Source: Planctomycetota bacterium
GTDB taxonomy: Bacteria > Planctomycetota > B15-G4 > SIAN01
Direction: 5' to 3'
Assembly (NCBI GenBank): GCA_031409275.1
Contig: JANNXA010000051.1
Location: 224,001-288,000, forward strand
DNA: 64,000 bases
Made by a program: the position numbers and the translations under genes
Shown here: positions 10,376-20,066 of the stretch, one piece after another
How the letters are laid out: each line of letters opens with the position of its first letter
Position numbering within the stretch: position 1 is the stretch's first letter
Notes under the pieces: generated by a model
Databases searched by the model: none
What the model was told of the DNA's origin: nothing
The model's input: only the letters and a program-made list of their open reading frames with translations

Positions 10376-12679
10376 TCAGCGCCCCTCCCCGTTCGCCCGT
10401 TCCGGTGCCACCGACTCGCCACGAGCCTCGCGCGCGGCGAGCGTGTCGGAGTAGCTGCGTTGCAGCTCCTCGAGCAGCTCGGCGGCGGTCGCGGCGCGCA
10501 GCGGCGCCGGCGCCTGCTGCGCCTGGTAGGCGCGCGCCAACCGCAGCAGTCGCGCCGCCTCCTGCTCGCGCCGCTCGCGCTCCATCCCGGCCGCCACCGT
10601 CTTCATCCGTTCGACGCGACGGCCGAGTTCGCGCGCCGCCTCGAGTCCTTCGGTCTGCGCCAGCAGCGCGTCCGCGCGCGCCAGCACCCGGCGGTAGTGA
10701 TCGAGGCTGCCGAGGAACTCGGCACCGATCGCCTCCGACTCGACCGCGGCGAGATCCGCCTCGAGCTTGGGAACGATCTCCGACTCGAGCTTGCGCGCCA
10801 ACTCGCCGCTCTTGTCGTCATGCGGCAGCCGCTCGCGCAACTCGCGCAACTTGGCGAGCGCCGCTCCGGCATGACCGCCGCGCCACTCCTCCTGCGCCTT
10901 CGCATAAAGGTCGCTCGCCTCGCGGCGTTGCGCCTCGAACCCGGCGCGCAACTCGACCGTCGTCGTCGTCGTGACGGAGAGTTCGAGGCGAAGCGCGTCA
11001 CCCCGGAGGACGCCGACCACCTTGCATGGCGGATCGAGCGCCAGCTCGAAGCGCTCGGCTGCAGCGCCGAAGAAGATCTCCTTCACGGCGTCGATTTCGA
11101 AGGCGCCGAAGCGTCGCTCGGTGCCCGCTGCGCCGCGCAAGGTGACGCCTTGAGCGGCCGTTTCGGGCGAAACCTGCGCGGCGAAGCCGGCGGCGTTGAA
11201 CGGCGCCGAACCGGGGTCGAGCGTGAGCGTCGTCCCCGACGCGGTGGCGCGCGCGGCAAACCCTCCGGGCGGCAGTTCGACGCGCGCGGCCGGCTGATCG
11301 CCGGCGGCAACGAGACCGCCTCCGAACGGGACGAACAGCTCGGCGAGCACCGCGTGGTGATCGACGAACCAGGCCCCTGGGCCGCGCGGCCGAAGGGTCA
11401 ATTCACCGAACGCCGTGGAATCCGTCGACGCGTTGCCCGGGCCGATCGCGAGATCGTCGAGCGCGACGCGACCGCTGCCGCGCGCGACGACGACCACTTC
11501 GACCGCCTTCGCCCAAGCGGGCGGCAGGAGGGTGGCGTTGAACGCCGCGAAATCGCCGCCGGACTGTTGCGCGACGATCACGCTCCACTCCAATGCGCTC
11601 TCGGCGTCGTCACCGCTGCGGAACCGCAGCGCAACGCTGCCGAACGCGCCGTCGTCGACCGCCAGCTGACCGGTCACTTGGAGCGGAGTCGGCGTTGCGA
11701 GCACCAGCTTCTGGCGCCGCGAACTGACGGCGCAGCCGTCGGCCACGTCCGCGGTCAGCGCGAAGCTGCCCGAGTGCGCACGGCCTCGGCGCGCAGAGAA
11801 TCCGTCGCCGAGTTCCGCGCCCCAGAGCGAGTCGACGCTCCCGGAATCCTCGAACGACCAGTCATCGACCAGCAGGGTTCCGCGCGGCGCCGGCGGCACG
11901 ACCCGACCACTCGTGGGCGGCGCGTCGCCCGACGCGCCTTTCATGAAGTACCACGTCGCCGCGCCGCCGACCGCGAGCACGACCCCGGCGAGGCCCACGA
12001 GCGCCCCCGCTTTGCTCTTCTCCGGCGGCAGCGCCGCGCGTGCCGGCGCCGATGCCGACGCGGCGTCGCCCCCGGTCGAACCCGTCAACGGCACCGCGCC
12101 GCGCTTCAGATCGACGAAGGTGAACTCATTGGCGCCGAGCCGTACGCGATCGCCGTGCGAGAGCGCCACCTCGGTGGTCACTTTCTGATCGTCGAGGAAG
12201 CTGCCATTGGTGCTGCCGAGGTCGCGCAGGACGTAGCCGTCGCCCTCGCGCACCACCTCGAGATGGACGCCCGAAACCTTGACGTCGATGAAGGCCACGC
12301 TGTTCTCGGGACGGCGCCCCAGCGTGGTGCGAGCTCCCGACAACGGCACGTCGCGGCCGGAGTGCTCGCCGGCCGTGAAACGGATCACGCAGTCGGCATC
12401 GCGAGCATGGAACGTCAGCGTGACGCCGCCCACGCGGATGCGGTCGCCGTCCGCGAGGAACTGCTCGGTGACCTTCTCGCCGTTCAGCAGCGTGCCGTTG
12501 CTGCTGCCGAGATCGCGCACGAGGTAGCCGTCGCCGCGCCGCTCGAACTCGCAGTGGCGCCGCGAGATCCCCTTGTCGTCGAGGACGAGTTCGACCCCCT
12601 CGACCCGTCCCACGACGAGTCGATCGCCTAGAACGACGTCGCGAGAGCCGTCGGGTCCCGAAATCACCAGTCGAGCCAT
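10376..12679 (-). CDS. Tandem-FHA membrane protein with extracytoplasmic CBM-like and helical domains
   Basis: Two FHA domains (GR..SRRH..SSNGT; GR..SGVH..STNGS), TM GALVGLAGVVLAVGGAATWYF, WSFE..AHSGSFAL..LDDL CBM4/9-like pattern; GGAG RBS. Confidence 0.8.
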   Translation of the reverse strand: MARLVISGPDGSRDVVLGDRLVVGRVEGVELVLDDKGISRRHCEFERRGDGYLVRDLGSSNGTLLNGEKVTEQFLADGDRIRVGGVTLTFHARDADCVIRFTAGEHSGRDVPLSGARTTLGRRPENSVAFIDVKVSGVHLEVVREGDGYVLRDLGSTNGSFLDDQKVTTEVALSHGDRVRLGANEFTFVDLKRGAVPLTGSTGGDAASASAPARAALPPEKSKAGALVGLAGVVLAVGGAATWYFMKGASGDAPPTSGRVVPPAPRGTLLVDDWSFEDSGSVDSLWGAELGDGFSARRGRAHSGSFALTADVADGCAVSSRRQKLVLATPTPLQVTGQLAVDDGAFGSVALRFRSGDDAESALEWSVIVAQQSGGDFAAFNATLLPPAWAKAVEVVVVARGSGRVALDDLAIGPGNASTDSTAFGELTLRPRGPGAWFVDHHAVLAELFVPFGGGLVAAGDQPAARVELPPGGFAARATASGTTLTLDPGSAPFNAAGFAAQVSPETAAQGVTLRGAAGTERRFGAFEIDAVKEIFFGAAAERFELALDPPCKVVGVLRGDALRLELSVTTTTTVELRAGFEAQRREASDLYAKAQEEWRGGHAGAALAKLRELRERLPHDDKSGELARKLESEIVPKLEADLAAVESEAIGAEFLGSLDHYRRVLARADALLAQTEGLEAARELGRRVERMKTVAAGMERERREQEAARLLRLARAYQAQQAPAPLRAATAAELLEELQRSYSDTLAAREARGESVAPERANGEGR

Positions 12680-12898
12680 CACGCGGACTCCGCTTGCCGA
12701 CTGCGCCGATCGGGTCGGCTGGCGACCCGACCGCCGTTGCGCTCCCTGAGCGCCCTCCCCCGGGAAGGACGCCCCTTCTATGCCGCGGCGCGCGTTTGCG
12801 TAACAACAATTCGTGCGGCATCGCACACGGAATCCGCACAATAGTGCTATTTCAGATCCGTCGCGATCGCAGCTCGCGAGCGCGCGAACGAGGCACGC

Positions 12899-14314
12899 TC
12901 AGACCAGCGCCATGACCACGTAATAGATCGGCAGGGCGAACAGCAGCAGGAGCGCGGAGTAGCCGAGGATCTCGCGCGCCTTGGCACCGGTGATCGAGAG
13001 CAGCGCCAGCGCCCAGAACGGCTGGATCATGTTCGTGGCCTCGTCGCCGTATGCGACAAGCATCACGGCGCGCGCGGGATCGAGGCCGAGATCGATGGCG
13101 CTCTGGCCGGCGATGCCACCCTGGATCGCCCATTGCCCGCCGCCCGACGGGACGAAGCAGTTGAGCAGCGCGGCCGACGTGAAGGTGACCCAGGAGTAGG
13201 CCGTCTGCAGCGGCAGCCCGAAGTCGGCGAGCGCGCGGACGAGCGTCGTGCCGCTCTCGGCGAAGGCGCGTCCGACTCCGCTCTCCGCCAGCAGACCCAG
13301 GATCCCGTAGTAGAAGGGGAACTGCAGCAGGATCCCCGACAGTTCGCCGCCCGCCTCGCCAAAGGCGCGCGCGTAGCGGTTCACGCTGCCGTGCAGCAAG
13401 ACGCCGAGCGCGAGGAAGGCGACGATCACGCTCGACAAGGAGATCGCGCCAGCGACTCCGCGCGTCGCGACCAGTCGCACCAGACTGCCGACGGCAAGCA
13501 GCACGACGCCGATCGCCAAAGCGCGCGAGTCATCGAGGCGCTCCGCGGGAGTCGCCGCCGCCGCCGCTGGAAGCGCAGACGAGTCGCCCGGCAGCGACCA
13601 CACCGGCAACGGCTCGCTCGCGGTCGACCGGCTCCGCGCCAGCCACGCGAACCAACAGGGCAGCGCCACCAGGAACACGGCGTTGAGCACGAGGTTCAGC
13701 GGCGAGAAGAGCGTGCGGGTGGTCGGGACCGTGCCGTAGATCGCCACGAAGTCGTGAGTCGATTGGGAGACGGAGAGCGGTGCCGAGCCCGACAGTCCGC
13801 CATGCCAGACCATCATGCTGGAGTACGCCGCCGCGCAGAGCAGCGGATAGTTCCAGCGCTCTCCGCGATCGCGAGAAACGCGGTAGACCTCGCGCGCGAA
13901 GACCGACGCGACCACGAGGCCGAAGCCCCAATTGAGCCACGCCGCCACCATCGCGACCAGCGTGGTCAAGGCAGCCGCGGTCGTCTCTCGTTGCGGCCAC
14001 GCCGCCATGCGCCGCAACCAGCGCGCAACCGGTGGCGCCGAAGCCAACGCGTGGCCCGTCGCCAGCACCAGGCACATCTGCAGCGCGAAGGCGAAACCGC
14101 CGCTCGCCACGAAGCCACCCGGCGACTTGTCGCGCCCGTACCAGAACAGCAGCAGATCGCCGCTGCGCGCGAAAAGTCCTTGGCCCGGCGGCCGCCCGAT
14201 GCAGAGCCCCAGCGCAAACGCCACCGCTGTCAGCAGCAACGCGAAGACGAACGGGCTCGGAATGAAACGCGCGACGAACCAGGCGAAACGAGCCGTCGCG
14301 CCCCCGCGGCTCAT
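12899..14314 (-). CDS. Short-chain fatty acid transporter (AtoE/TIGR00366 family)
   Basis: PSPFVFALLLT, FALQM, WHGGLSGSAPL, FVPSGGGQW, NMIQPFWAL motifs. Confidence 0.9.
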   Translation of the reverse strand: MSRGGATARFAWFVARFIPSPFVFALLLTAVAFALGLCIGRPPGQGLFARSGDLLLFWYGRDKSPGGFVASGGFAFALQMCLVLATGHALASAPPVARWLRRMAAWPQRETTAAALTTLVAMVAAWLNWGFGLVVASVFAREVYRVSRDRGERWNYPLLCAAAYSSMMVWHGGLSGSAPLSVSQSTHDFVAIYGTVPTTRTLFSPLNLVLNAVFLVALPCWFAWLARSRSTASEPLPVWSLPGDSSALPAAAAATPAERLDDSRALAIGVVLLAVGSLVRLVATRGVAGAISLSSVIVAFLALGVLLHGSVNRYARAFGEAGGELSGILLQFPFYYGILGLLAESGVGRAFAESGTTLVRALADFGLPLQTAYSWVTFTSAALLNCFVPSGGGQWAIQGGIAGQSAIDLGLDPARAVMLVAYGDEATNMIQPFWALALLSITGAKAREILGYSALLLLFALPIYYVVMALV

Positions 14315-14333
14315 CGACGCGCCTCGACGCCGT

Positions 14334-15263
14334 TCACTTCGGCATGCGCGCGAGCACGATGACGATGCCGATGACGACGAAGGCGCCGATCGCGGCAACG
14401 ATCAGGATCGTCTTGCGCTGGCGCTCGACGAGTTCCTCGAAGCGCTGGCGATGCTCGTCCTGCCCGCGGCGAAACTCGGTGATCAGGCTGCTCTGAGCCC
14501 GCTGCGCGCCATCGACGAGTCCGCGCACCGACTGCCCGACCGACTCGACCGACGTCTTCACCGAGGCGGCCGCTTCGGTCTGCTTCTCGATGCGCGCGCC
14601 GATGCCGTCGACGAGAGTCGGCAGTTGGCCGAGCTTCTCGGTGGCCGCATGCGCCGCCTCGCTCTGCTTCTCCATCGACCCGCGCAGATCGCGCAACATG
14701 TCGAGGTTGACCCGTTCCGCCTCGACGAGCCCTTCGAGCACGCGCGGCAGCGCCTGCAGGCGATCCGCCACGAGTTCGGTCGAGCGCTGCTGCTGCGTCA
14801 ACTTCTCATCGATCGAGGTGAGCAGCGTCGACAGGTTCTTCAGCCCCTCGCTGACCTTGAGCGACAGCTCTTCCTGCGGCGCCATCTTGGTGGTCCGCAC
14901 GAGGTCGTCGTCGCGCTCGCGCGACGGCCGCGGCGCGGGCACGGATACTGACGGCGCGTTCGATGACACCTCGACGTTGGACGGCGGCGAGGCCGAGGCG
15001 TCCGCGGCGATCGGTGCAACCGTTGCCGATGACGATGCCGATCCCGTCGGGGCTGCCGCCGCTTGCAGGCGACGCGGGATAATCTGCTCCGGCTCCGGCG
15101 CCCGCTCGATCGCGAGGGGGCGCGCGTTGCGGGTCATCGACGCCGGCACCTTCAACGATGCCGCCGTTTCTCCGCGGTAGCGTGAGGGCGAAGCGACGAC
15201 CGTCGGAGCGGCCTGCGCCGCCTTCTTCTTTCCAAACAGCTCGGCCAACCAGGAAAGGCGCAC
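14334..15263 (-). CDS. Hypothetical coiled-coil protein with C-terminal membrane anchor
   Basis: Pro/Ala/Ser linker, long heptad region, terminal TM ILIVAAIGAFVVIGIVIVL; GTG start inferred. Confidence 0.65.
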   Translation of the reverse strand: MRLSWLAELFGKKKAAQAAPTVVASPSRYRGETAASLKVPASMTRNARPLAIERAPEPEQIIPRRLQAAAAPTGSASSSATVAPIAADASASPPSNVEVSSNAPSVSVPAPRPSRERDDDLVRTTKMAPQEELSLKVSEGLKNLSTLLTSIDEKLTQQQRSTELVADRLQALPRVLEGLVEAERVNLDMLRDLRGSMEKQSEAAHAATEKLGQLPTLVDGIGARIEKQTEAAASVKTSVESVGQSVRGLVDGAQRAQSSLITEFRRGQDEHRQRFEELVERQRKTILIVAAIGAFVVIGIVIVLARMPK

Positions 15264-15285
15264 GATGAAGTCCCCGAGGGTGGAA

Positions 15286-17601
15286 ATGGGAGCGCGCGGG
15301 AATCTAGCTGCACCGCGCAAACGGCGCGAGTGGCGCCTCCTTTGCGCTTTCGTTTCGATCCGAACGGCTGCCGCACCCGCGGGCGCGCTGATCGTCGGGG
15401 CGGCCGCGGCCGTTGCGCAAGATCAAGAAGCAGTGCGCCCGGAGCTCCCGACGGCGGGAACGAAGGCGATGGCGGAGCGACTCGCGAAAGCCGCGATCAC
15501 CGCCGACGTCGACCCGACGATCTTCCGCAACACGCGACGTCTCGCGGTGCTCGACGAACAGCTCGCCACGGCCACGAAGGAGCAGCGACGCCCGCTCGAG
15601 AACGCGCGCGCGCGGCAATTGCTGAACGTCGGCCGCACCGAGGAAGCGGTGGCCGCGCTTGAAGAGCTGCGCACCAAGATGCGCAAGTCCGGCAATGCCA
15701 ATCCGAAGGTGCTCGAAGAGACGGAGAGCCTGCTTGCGATCTCGTGGCTGCGGCTTGGCGAACAGGAGAACTGCCTCGCTCGCCACGGTCCCGAGAGCTG
15801 CATCGCGCCGTTCTCCGAGGCCGCCCGCCATCAGCTGACGCGTGGCGCCGAGCACGCGTTCGTCGAGCTGTCGGCGATCCTCGACGCGAGACCGGACGAC
15901 ACCGGCGCTCGCTGGCTCCTCAACCTCGCCGCGATGGCGCTCGGAACGTGGCCCGACGGCGTTCCTGAAGCGCGGCGCATCGCGCCAGAAGCGTTCGCTT
16001 CGGACGCCCCATTCCAGCGCTTCGTCGATGTTGGCGGGAGCGCCGGACTCGCCGTCGATGGGCTGTCGGGAGGCGCGGTCGCCGACGACTTCGATCGCGA
16101 CGGCTTCATCGACGTGATGGCCTCGTCGTGGGGACTCTCGGATCCACTGCGCGTCTGGCGCAACAACGGTGACGGCACCTTCGAGGAACGCACCGCGACG
16201 TGCGGCCTCGACGGCATCCACGGCGGACTGAACCTCGTCTCGGGCGACTTTAACAACGACGGATTCGTCGATGTCTTCGTTCCGCGCGGCGCCTGGCTGC
16301 GCTCGAACGGGCAGCTCCCCAATTCGCTGCTGATCAACCGCGGCGACTTCACGTTCGACGACGTCTCCTTCGCCGCGGGCATCCGCACCGAAGCCCCGAC
16401 CCAGGCCGTCGCCGTGGCCGACTTCGACCTCGACGGCTGGCTCGACCTCTACATCGGCAACGAGTCGAGCGGCGAGGCGCGCTACCCGTGTGAACTCTGG
16501 CAGAACCAGCGCAACGGCACGTTCAAGAACGTGGCCGCTGCAGCGGGCGTCGACTTCGAAGTCTTCGTGAAGGGCGTCACGGCGACCGATGCCGACGGGG
16601 ACGGACGCCCCGACCTTTTCCTCTCGATCATGGGCTCGAGCAACCGGCTGCTGCGCAACGTCGCTCCGTCCAAAGCCGCCGCGGGCGGCGCACCGCCCCG
16701 ATTCGAGGACATCTCGAAGCGCGCCGGCATCGATGGTCCGAAGCTGAGTTTCCCGTGCTGGTCGTTCGACTTCGACAACGATGGCGACGACGACCTGCTC
16801 TGCGCTTCATACGTCGACTTGAACGAGCGCCAGGCGGACGACGTTGGCCGCATGCTGCTGGGATTGCCACTCCACGCGGAGGGCAGCGCGCTCTACCGCA
16901 ATCGAGGCCACGGAACGTACGACGAGATCGGCCAGCAGGCAGGCCTTGGCGACATCGTCCTTTCGATGGGTTGCAATTTCGGTGACCTCGACAACGACGG
17001 TTGGCTCGACGCCGTCTTCGGCAACGGCGACCCTGACTACCGCACGCTGCTGCCCAATCGCGCGCTGAAGAACGACGGCGGCAAGCGCTTCCTCGACGTC
17101 ACCACCAACGGCGGCTTCGGTCATCTGCAGAAGGGGCACGGCGTCGCCTTCGCCGACTTCGACAACGACGGCGACCAGGACGTCTACGAGGTCCTTGGTG
17201 GCGCGTTCGAGGGCGATTTCTTCCGCCGCATCCTGCTCGAGAATCCCGGCAACGGAAACCACTGGCTCACCGTCGAACTCGTCGGGACCAGGAGCAACCG
17301 TTCCGGAATCGGAACGCGCATCGCGGTGAACGTGACGACCCCTGCCGGTCCGCGCACGATTCGAGTCACGGGCGGCAGCGGCGGCAGCTTCGGCGCCTCT
17401 TCGCTGCAGCAGGAGATCGGTCTCGGCGATGCGACTTCAATCGAGTCGATCGAGCTTTGGTGGCCCGCCTCCAACACTCGCCAGGAGTTCACCGGCGTCG
17501 CACTCGATCAGAAAGTGCGCATCGCGGAGGACGCGCCCGCGCCGATCGCCGTGCCGATGAAGTCCTTCCAGTTCACGCGCGCCGCACTCAGCACCAAGTA
17601 G
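15286..17601 (+). CDS. CRTAC1-family protein (TPR + FG-GAP/VCBS repeats + ASPIC/UnbV)
   Basis: Repeated D-F-D/N-x-D-G-x-x-D motifs; C-terminal NRSGIGTRI..EIGLG..WP. Start uncertain. Confidence 0.85.
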   Translation: MGARGNLAAPRKRREWRLLCAFVSIRTAAAPAGALIVGAAAAVAQDQEAVRPELPTAGTKAMAERLAKAAITADVDPTIFRNTRRLAVLDEQLATATKEQRRPLENARARQLLNVGRTEEAVAALEELRTKMRKSGNANPKVLEETESLLAISWLRLGEQENCLARHGPESCIAPFSEAARHQLTRGAEHAFVELSAILDARPDDTGARWLLNLAAMALGTWPDGVPEARRIAPEAFASDAPFQRFVDVGGSAGLAVDGLSGGAVADDFDRDGFIDVMASSWGLSDPLRVWRNNGDGTFEERTATCGLDGIHGGLNLVSGDFNNDGFVDVFVPRGAWLRSNGQLPNSLLINRGDFTFDDVSFAAGIRTEAPTQAVAVADFDLDGWLDLYIGNESSGEARYPCELWQNQRNGTFKNVAAAAGVDFEVFVKGVTATDADGDGRPDLFLSIMGSSNRLLRNVAPSKAAAGGAPPRFEDISKRAGIDGPKLSFPCWSFDFDNDGDDDLLCASYVDLNERQADDVGRMLLGLPLHAEGSALYRNRGHGTYDEIGQQAGLGDIVLSMGCNFGDLDNDGWLDAVFGNGDPDYRTLLPNRALKNDGGKRFLDVTTNGGFGHLQKGHGVAFADFDNDGDQDVYEVLGGAFEGDFFRRILLENPGNGNHWLTVELVGTRSNRSGIGTRIAVNVTTPAGPRTIRVTGGSGGSFGASSLQQEIGLGDATSIESIELWWPASNTRQEFTGVALDQKVRIAEDAPAPIAVPMKSFQFTRAALSTK

Positions 17602-17636
17602 TTCTCGCCGCCGCGCCGCCCACTGAGTTCCCGCGC

Positions 17637-17819
17637 CGCGTGCTGCGCTCCTGCGCAGCCACGCGCCCCACCACCTCACCCGCGTGCTGCGCTCCTGCGC
17701 AGCCACGCGCCCCACCACCTCACCCGCGTGCTGCGCTCCTGCGCAGCCACGCGCCCCACCACCTCGCGCGCGTGCTGCGCTCCTGCGCAGCCACGCGCCC
17801 CACCACCTCGCGCGCGTGC
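17637..17819. repeat. 44-bp tandem repeat (4 copies + partial), each a bulged hairpin
   Basis: Unit cgcgtgctgcgctcctgcgcagccacgcgccccaccacctc(acc/gcg) at 17637, 17681, 17725, 17769; partial at 17813. Confidence 0.95.
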
Positions 17820-17831
17820 GCTGCGGAGGTT

Positions 17832-17959
17832 GGGCTTCAGCTGCGAACGGCGCACCGCGCCCGTTCGTCAGCTGCAAGCCCCGCGAGGCGAGCTGCGCAC
17901 CGCGCAGTCTCGCCGGCGCGCCGTTCTGCTGCGGGCCACCGGCCCGTCAGCAGCAACGG
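17832..17959 (-). other. Three imperfect palindromes, two with attC-like extrahelical-base geometry
   Basis: 17832-17881, 17887-17914, 17921-17959; minus strand tt[G]cagctg[A]cg..cgcagctgaa and tt[G]ctgctg[A]cg..cgcagcagaa. Confidence 0.6.
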
Positions 17960-17960
17960 T

Positions 17961-19463
17961 TTAGTAGGCCTTCGCGAACACCACCCACTGCTCCGTCTCT
18001 TTCCCCGTCCCGATCGCCTTCGCCTTCTCTCCGCAGTCTTCCTTGCGGATGCAGCGAATCGTCGCTTTGCACTCCTCCTTCACCTTTGCCTCGACCGCCG
18101 CATCGCCATCCCACGGCGCCAGCACGAAGCCGCCCTTCTCTTCGATCGTCTGCACCAGCTCTTCGTAGGTGTGGACGCGACGAATGCTCGCGTCGCGGAA
18201 GGCCTTCGCCTTGGCGAAGAGCGCGGCCTGGATCTCTTCCAGCAGCATCGGCAACCGCGTCTCGAGGCCCGCCACATCGACGATCTGCTTCTCGCCGCCA
18301 TCGCGACGCGCCAGCACGCACTTGCCCGCCGCCACATCGCGCGGCCCGACCTCGAGGCGGAGCGGGACGCCGCGCAGCTCCCAGTCGTTGAACTTGTAGC
18401 CCGGCTTGAACTGCTCGCGGTCATCGACGTGCACGCGCACGCCGGCGCCCTTCAGCTTCGTGACCAGCGCGTCGACGTAGCTCGTCACCGCGAGCTTCTC
18501 TTCGTCCTTGCGCCAGATCGGGATGATCACGGCCTGGATCGGTGCGAGCCGCGGCGGCAGCACCAGCCCCTTGTCGTCGCTGTGGGTCATCACGAGGCCG
18601 CCGATCAGGCGCGTCGACACGCCCCACGACGTCGTCCACGCGTGCTGCTTCTGGCCATCGCGTCCGCTGAACTGGATCTCGAAGGCCTTCGCGAAGTTCT
18701 GGCCGAGGAAGTGCGACGTGCCCGCCTGCAGCGCCTTGCCGTCCTGCATCAGCGCCTCGATGCACCAGGTGTCGATGGCGCCGGCGAAGCGCTCGGCCGG
18801 GCTCTTCATGCCGACCAGCACCGGCATCGCGAGGAACTCCTCGGCGACCTTGCGATAGACCTCGATCATCTGGAGCGTTTCGGCGACCGCTTCGGCCTCC
18901 GTTTCGTGGGCCGTGTGCCCCTCCTGCCAGAAGAACTCGGTCGTGCGCAGGAACAAGCGCGTGCGCATCTCCCAGCGCACGACGTTCGCCCACTGGTTGA
19001 TGAGGATCGGCAGATCACGCCAGCTCTGCACCCACTTGGCGTACATCGAACCGATGATCGTCTCGGAGGTCGGCCGCACGATCAGCGGCTCCTCGAGCTT
19101 GCTCTCGGGATCGGGCTCGATGCCGTTGGGGCCCGCCTTCAAGCGGTAGTGCGTGACGACGGCGCACTCCTTGGCGAACCCCTCGACGTGGCTCGCCTCC
19201 TTCGCCAGGAACGAGAGCGGAATGAGGAGCGGGAACTGGGCGTTCTGGTGGCCGGTCGCTTTGAAGAAGCCGTCGAAGATGTCGCGGATCTTCTCCCAGA
19301 GCGCCCAGCCATAGGGGCGCACCACCATGCAGCCCTTGACGGGCGAGTAGTCCGCGAGCTCCGCCTTCAGCACGAGGTCCTGGTACCAAAGGGCGTAGTC
19401 GGTGGCGCGGGGAGTGACGCCGAGGTTCTTGTCCTTCGACGACGGTTGCTGCGAGTCGGCCAT
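17961..19463 (-). CDS. proS: Proline--tRNA ligase, archaeal/eukaryote-like type
   Basis: RPTSET, RTTEFFWQEGHT, QAGTSH, TSWGVSTR, C-terminal FAKAY; no INS editing domain. Confidence 0.97.
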   Translation of the reverse strand: MADSQQPSSKDKNLGVTPRATDYALWYQDLVLKAELADYSPVKGCMVVRPYGWALWEKIRDIFDGFFKATGHQNAQFPLLIPLSFLAKEASHVEGFAKECAVVTHYRLKAGPNGIEPDPESKLEEPLIVRPTSETIIGSMYAKWVQSWRDLPILINQWANVVRWEMRTRLFLRTTEFFWQEGHTAHETEAEAVAETLQMIEVYRKVAEEFLAMPVLVGMKSPAERFAGAIDTWCIEALMQDGKALQAGTSHFLGQNFAKAFEIQFSGRDGQKQHAWTTSWGVSTRLIGGLVMTHSDDKGLVLPPRLAPIQAVIIPIWRKDEEKLAVTSYVDALVTKLKGAGVRVHVDDREQFKPGYKFNDWELRGVPLRLEVGPRDVAAGKCVLARRDGGEKQIVDVAGLETRLPMLLEEIQAALFAKAKAFRDASIRRVHTYEELVQTIEEKGGFVLAPWDGDAAVEAKVKEECKATIRCIRKEDCGEKAKAIGTGKETEQWVVFAKAY

Positions 19464-19702
19464 GTCGATCCATCCGAGGGCGCGGCGCCGCGGCGATTCC
19501 GCGGCGGCTTGGGAAAACGGCGGAGGATAGCCGCGCCCGGCGAGCCGCCACCGCGCTGGCCACTGCCCGCTTCCCTCGCCGCCCTCCGGTCGGTTTAATC
19601 CCGCCCCTTCGATGCAGGCGGCGCGCTCGTGGCGCTGCACCGCACCGGTGCCCCAACACCGACGCGGGCGTCGAAGACGACAGCGACCGAAGCACTTCGC
19701 GT

Positions 19703-19778
19703 GGGGCGTTAGCTCAGCTGGGAGAGCGTCAGGATGGCATTCTGAAGGTCAAGGGTTCGATCCCCTTACGCTCCACCA
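19703..19778 (+). tRNA. tRNA-Ala (GGC)
   Basis: 76 nt cloverleaf, acceptor GGGGCGT/ACGCTCC with G3:U70, anticodon loop ATGGCAT, GTTCGA T-loop, encoded CCA. Confidence 0.97.
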
Positions 19779-20066
19779 CTCGTCGTTCCCGTTCGCCGCG
19801 CAGTCTGCGCCTCGGTCCAGCGCCCGCCGCCGATCGCAATCGGGTGGCGCCTTCGCTCGCGCGGCACCGCATCATCGAACGCGCACCGGCAACGCGTGAT
19901 CTTGCCGCGGACTACCACCCGCGGGCCTGAAGCGAGTCAACGCGTCGCCGCGCTCGTCCGCGCGGCAACGCGACCAGCGCCACGACCGCGACTCGTCACC
20001 TCGATTCGCCCGTCGTGGCACGCTCCACGCGATGCTTGCGACGACGACTCGCCGGCGAGCGGCCCG

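Noticed and set aside
17637..17819. Possible CRISPR array
   Set aside because: Linkers are 15 nt and nearly identical, so there are no unique spacers; no cas genes in the window
19779..20066. Island integrated at tRNA-Ala
   Set aside because: No integrase; only a 9-bp match to the tRNA 3' end near 20020, expected by chance
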